Below, in pieces: positions 25,385 through 27,890 of a stretch of DNA of 27,890 nucleotides. The notes beneath the pieces are model-generated. The model searched no databases and was not told the origin of the DNA. It was given only the letters and a program-made list of their open reading frames with translations. Numbering within the stretch: the first letter of the stretch is position 1; each line of letters starts with the position of its first letter. Where the stretch lies: the IMG/VR virus record IMGVR_UViG_3300033067_002223, positions 1 through 27,890 of that record; one strand, written 5' to 3'. Source of the DNA: a virus (taxonomy: Duplodnaviria > Caudoviricetes). A program made the translations under genes and the position numbers.

Positions 25385-26805
25385 TGGGATACACGCTCGG
25401 CCAGATCCTCAAGCAGCCCAGCAAGGAGAGCATCCGCTCCGACCTGCTGGGCATCCTCCAGGGTCGGGGGCTGGTGCAGCGCGTGGTCGGCGCCTGCGGC
25501 GGCGGCTTCACCCTGGAAGGCATGGTCACCGCCGCGGCGTCGTGCCAGGTGAAGGTGGTGACCAGCGGCCAGCCCTTCACCTGTTCGGTGCAGGTGAGCA
25601 CGGACGGCGGCGCCACCTTCGGCTCCCCGGTCACGCCCACCACCGACGACTTTGACGGCCTGGTGACCATCGGCAGCACCGGCATCACCGCCCGGCTGAG
25701 CCCGGCCTTCCCGAATGACCCCAGCGTGCGGGACTTCCTGGCCGGGACCATCTTCTCCTTCGAGCTGGCGCTCCCGCTCCTGCCCGTGACCGCGTGGCAG
25801 GAGGGCAGCACCCCGCTGACGATGGTGGAGGTGTTTAGCCAGGCCATTGAGGACGTGTTCGCGTCCGTCTACGGCGTCGCCGCGGGCGGCATCATCCCGT
25901 ACTCCACCGGGCTCTGGCTCGACCTGCTGGGCTCGGGCGTCTACGACCTGGAGCGGCAGCCGGCCGCCACTGCCCGGCACTCAGTGCGCTTCACCGCCGT
26001 CTCGGGCGCGGGCCCCTACGTGGTGCCCGCGGGCCAGCTCATCGCCACCACCGCCGGCGCGCTCATTTTCCGCAGCATCGCCGGGGTGACCATCCCCGCG
26101 GGTGGCTCGGTCACCGCCACGCTCCAGGCCGACGGCCCGGGCGCGGCCTACAACGTGGGTCTGGGCGCCATCAACCAGCTGGTCACGGTGCTTCCGGGCG
26201 TGACCTGCGTGAACGTCGACACGGGCAACAGCTCCAGCATCGTGGACGGCTATGTCGGGGCCGACGCCGAGACGGACGACAGCTACCAGTCCCGATGCCG
26301 CGCCCGGTGGCCGACGCTGGGGCTGGGTGCCACCGCGCAGACCTATGACCTGGCCTGCAAAGCGGCCAGCCCGGGCGTGAATCGGACCCAGGCGGTCCCC
26401 TCGGGCGACGGGCTGGTGTCCATCACCCTGGCCGGGCCCGCTGGGCCTGCTGATCCCTCCACGGTCACCGCCGTCCAGGCGTACCTCGACGGGCATGTGC
26501 CGCTCTGCGTGGTGGCCACCGCCGCCAGCGCCACCACCTCCACCGTCAACGTCATTGCCACGGTCTATGTGGAGCGCGGCAAGGTGGCCTCGATTCGCCC
26601 GGCCATCCTGGCGCGCCTGAACGCGCTGATTCTGGCCGTGCCCATCGGGGGCACCCTCTACCTCTCCCAGATCATCGACGCGATTCAGGGCGTCAGCGGC
26701 GTCCGCAACACCACCGTCGGCACCCCCAGCGGCAACGTGGTGCTGACCGCGCATCAGGTCGCGGTGCCCAGCTCGCTGACCGGCCTGACGTTCGTGGAGG
26801 TCTGA
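25384..26805 (+). CDS. Baseplate J-like protein with an N-terminal inserted domain, 473 aa
   Basis: GLWLDL...LERQPA, GAAYNV, GADAETDDSYQSRCRARW, IGGTLYLSQIIDAI..VSGV. Confidence 0.92.
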   Translation: MGYTLGQILKQPSKESIRSDLLGILQGRGLVQRVVGACGGGFTLEGMVTAAASCQVKVVTSGQPFTCSVQVSTDGGATFGSPVTPTTDDFDGLVTIGSTGITARLSPAFPNDPSVRDFLAGTIFSFELALPLLPVTAWQEGSTPLTMVEVFSQAIEDVFASVYGVAAGGIIPYSTGLWLDLLGSGVYDLERQPAATARHSVRFTAVSGAGPYVVPAGQLIATTAGALIFRSIAGVTIPAGGSVTATLQADGPGAAYNVGLGAINQLVTVLPGVTCVNVDTGNSSSIVDGYVGADAETDDSYQSRCRARWPTLGLGATAQTYDLACKAASPGVNRTQAVPSGDGLVSITLAGPAGPADPSTVTAVQAYLDGHVPLCVVATAASATTSTVNVIATVYVERGKVASIRPAILARLNALILAVPIGGTLYLSQIIDAIQGVSGVRNTTVGTPSGNVVLTAHQVAVPSSLTGLTFVEV

Positions 26806-26807
26806 CC

Positions 26808-27530
26808 ATGGGCTACCCCGACTACCTGAAGGGCCTCGCCCCGCCCTGGCTCCGCTCCCCCGAGGCTGACGCCTGGTGGGATGCCCTGGGCCAGCAGCTT
26901 GACCAGGCCCTGGCGAAGACCAAGAGCGGCGTGCGGGTCCGGGTGCCAGCCCAGGCCGTCACCGGGGAGCCTTCGGCCGACGCGCTGGCGGCCATCGGCG
27001 GGGAGCGGATGCTCGAGCGGTCGGTCTCCGACACCGACCCCACCTATCTGGCCCGGCTGGCGGGTGCCTGGAATGCCTGGGCGCTGGCGGGCACGGCCAA
27101 CGGGCTACTCCAGGCCCTCTATGACCTGGGCTACCGGCAGGCCTATCTGCCCATCCTCAATGGGTTCGCCTACCACCTGGACGGGAGCCGCAACCTGGTG
27201 GTCACGACGCTGGGCGGCCCCTGGCGCGCGGGCTCGGCGGGCCGAGCCTGGGCGAAGATCAACATCCTGTTCCTGGTGCCGCCCGCGCCCGGCAATGGGG
27301 CCCCGAGCGACTGGAGCGCGGCGCTCCCCGCGGCCGGCTCTGTCGAGCTCGAAGCCATCAAGCGCATCATCGTGCGCTGGAAGCCCGGGCATGTGCTGGT
27401 GCGCCGCATCATCGTCCGCGCCAATGACAAGGCGTGGGGCCTGCCCCTGCCGCCCAGTGAGCGCCACTGGGGCGACGCTGCCTTGACCTGGGGCGGTGGC
27501 GATTCCTCCTTCATCCAGCTGGACCTCTGA
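26808..27530 (+). CDS. Baseplate wedge protein, P2 gpI/Mu gp48-like, 240 aa
   Basis: Follows J; LAPPWL, LAAIGGER.LER, AGTANGL..AL, IKRIIVRWKPGH. Confidence 0.8.
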   Translation: MGYPDYLKGLAPPWLRSPEADAWWDALGQQLDQALAKTKSGVRVRVPAQAVTGEPSADALAAIGGERMLERSVSDTDPTYLARLAGAWNAWALAGTANGLLQALYDLGYRQAYLPILNGFAYHLDGSRNLVVTTLGGPWRAGSAGRAWAKINILFLVPPAPGNGAPSDWSAALPAAGSVELEAIKRIIVRWKPGHVLVRRIIVRANDKAWGLPLPPSERHWGDAALTWGGGDSSFIQLDL

Positions 27531-27539
27531 GGCCATGCC

Positions 27540-27890
27540 ATGAGCGACACCTACACCCCGGACCCGGGCCACACCCCGGCCACCATCACCGTCCCCGAGG
27601 ACGGCGACAACCTCAACGCCAACAGCGTGGTGCCCGCGCTGGAAGACCTCGCCGACCTGGTGGCCAACGCGCGCGACCACGCCGCGAAGACCAACGTCGA
27701 CAACAACTTCAGCGTCAAGCAGACGCTGAGTGCGCTGGACGTGCTGGGGGCGGTGCTGTTCAAGGCGGTGTACTCGCGCGAGACGCCCGCCAGCTTCACG
27801 GATGACCGCGTGCTGGTGCACAGCATCGGCAACAGCGGCAACGGCCACCCCATCTTCCGGGTCTACTTCACCAACACGGACGCCTACGAG
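27540..27890 (+). CDS. Probable tail fibre protein, 3'-truncated (not in the ORF track)
   Basis: Open from ATG 27540 to the window end (117 codons): MSDTYTPDPGHTPATITVPEDGDNLNANSVVPALEDLAD...; GAGG upstream; position after the gpI-like gene. Confidence 0.7.
   Translation, partial: MSDTYTPDPGHTPATITVPEDGDNLNANSVVPALEDLADLVANARDHAAKTNVDNNFSVKQTLSALDVLGAVLFKAVYSRETPASFTDDRVLVHSIGNSGNGHPIFRVYFTNTDAYE

Larger units (their letters stand above)
1..27890 (+). mobile_element. Phage/prophage segment: replication, packaging, Mu-like head and contractile tail modules; both ends lie outside the window
   Basis: Co-oriented, tightly coupled genes in canonical order terS-terL-portal-MuF-protease-capsid-neck-sheath-tube-chaperone-TMP-baseplate. 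No host housekeeping context, integrase, att site or lysis genes seen. Confidence 0.97.

Noticed and set aside
27551-27853. Minus-strand ORFs at the right end
   Set aside because: The plus-strand frame from ATG 27540 is open to the window end with typical codon bias and fits the operon.
17795-27890. Tailocin, eCIS or T6SS locus
   Set aside because: Linked to complete head, terminase and replication genes, so it is a phage tail.

Overview
High-GC, single-strand (+) segment of a temperate-type myovirus or prophage. A myxobacterial host is inferred from recalled sequence resemblance and was not verified. Left part: two small ORFs; a lambda-O-like replication initiator containing two 11-bp-phased palindromic iteron arrays; a class II (B12) ribonucleotide reductase nrdJ; a sigma70-region-4/winged-helix protein; and a putative late regulator. 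Middle: TerS/TerL, an HTH + HNH insert, and a Mu-like head module (portal, MuF, protease/scaffold, decoration protein, major capsid). Right part: neck genes and a contractile tail (sheath, tube, frameshifted chaperone, tape measure, baseplate, start of a probable tail fibre). The most notable items are: (1) MuF with a C-terminal HExxH metallopeptidase extension, followed by a translationally coupled 56-aa ORF missing from the ORF track (candidate virion-delivered toxin/immunity pair); (2) unusual baseplate fusions (hub+spike+PAAR-like tip; LamG+IPT+gp25; a sheath-like domain inserted in baseplate J); (3) a portal leader with two mutually exclusive hairpins; (4) a repeated CCGCTTC motif after genes for high-copy proteins. 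All family assignments come from motif recognition by eye; no searches were run.
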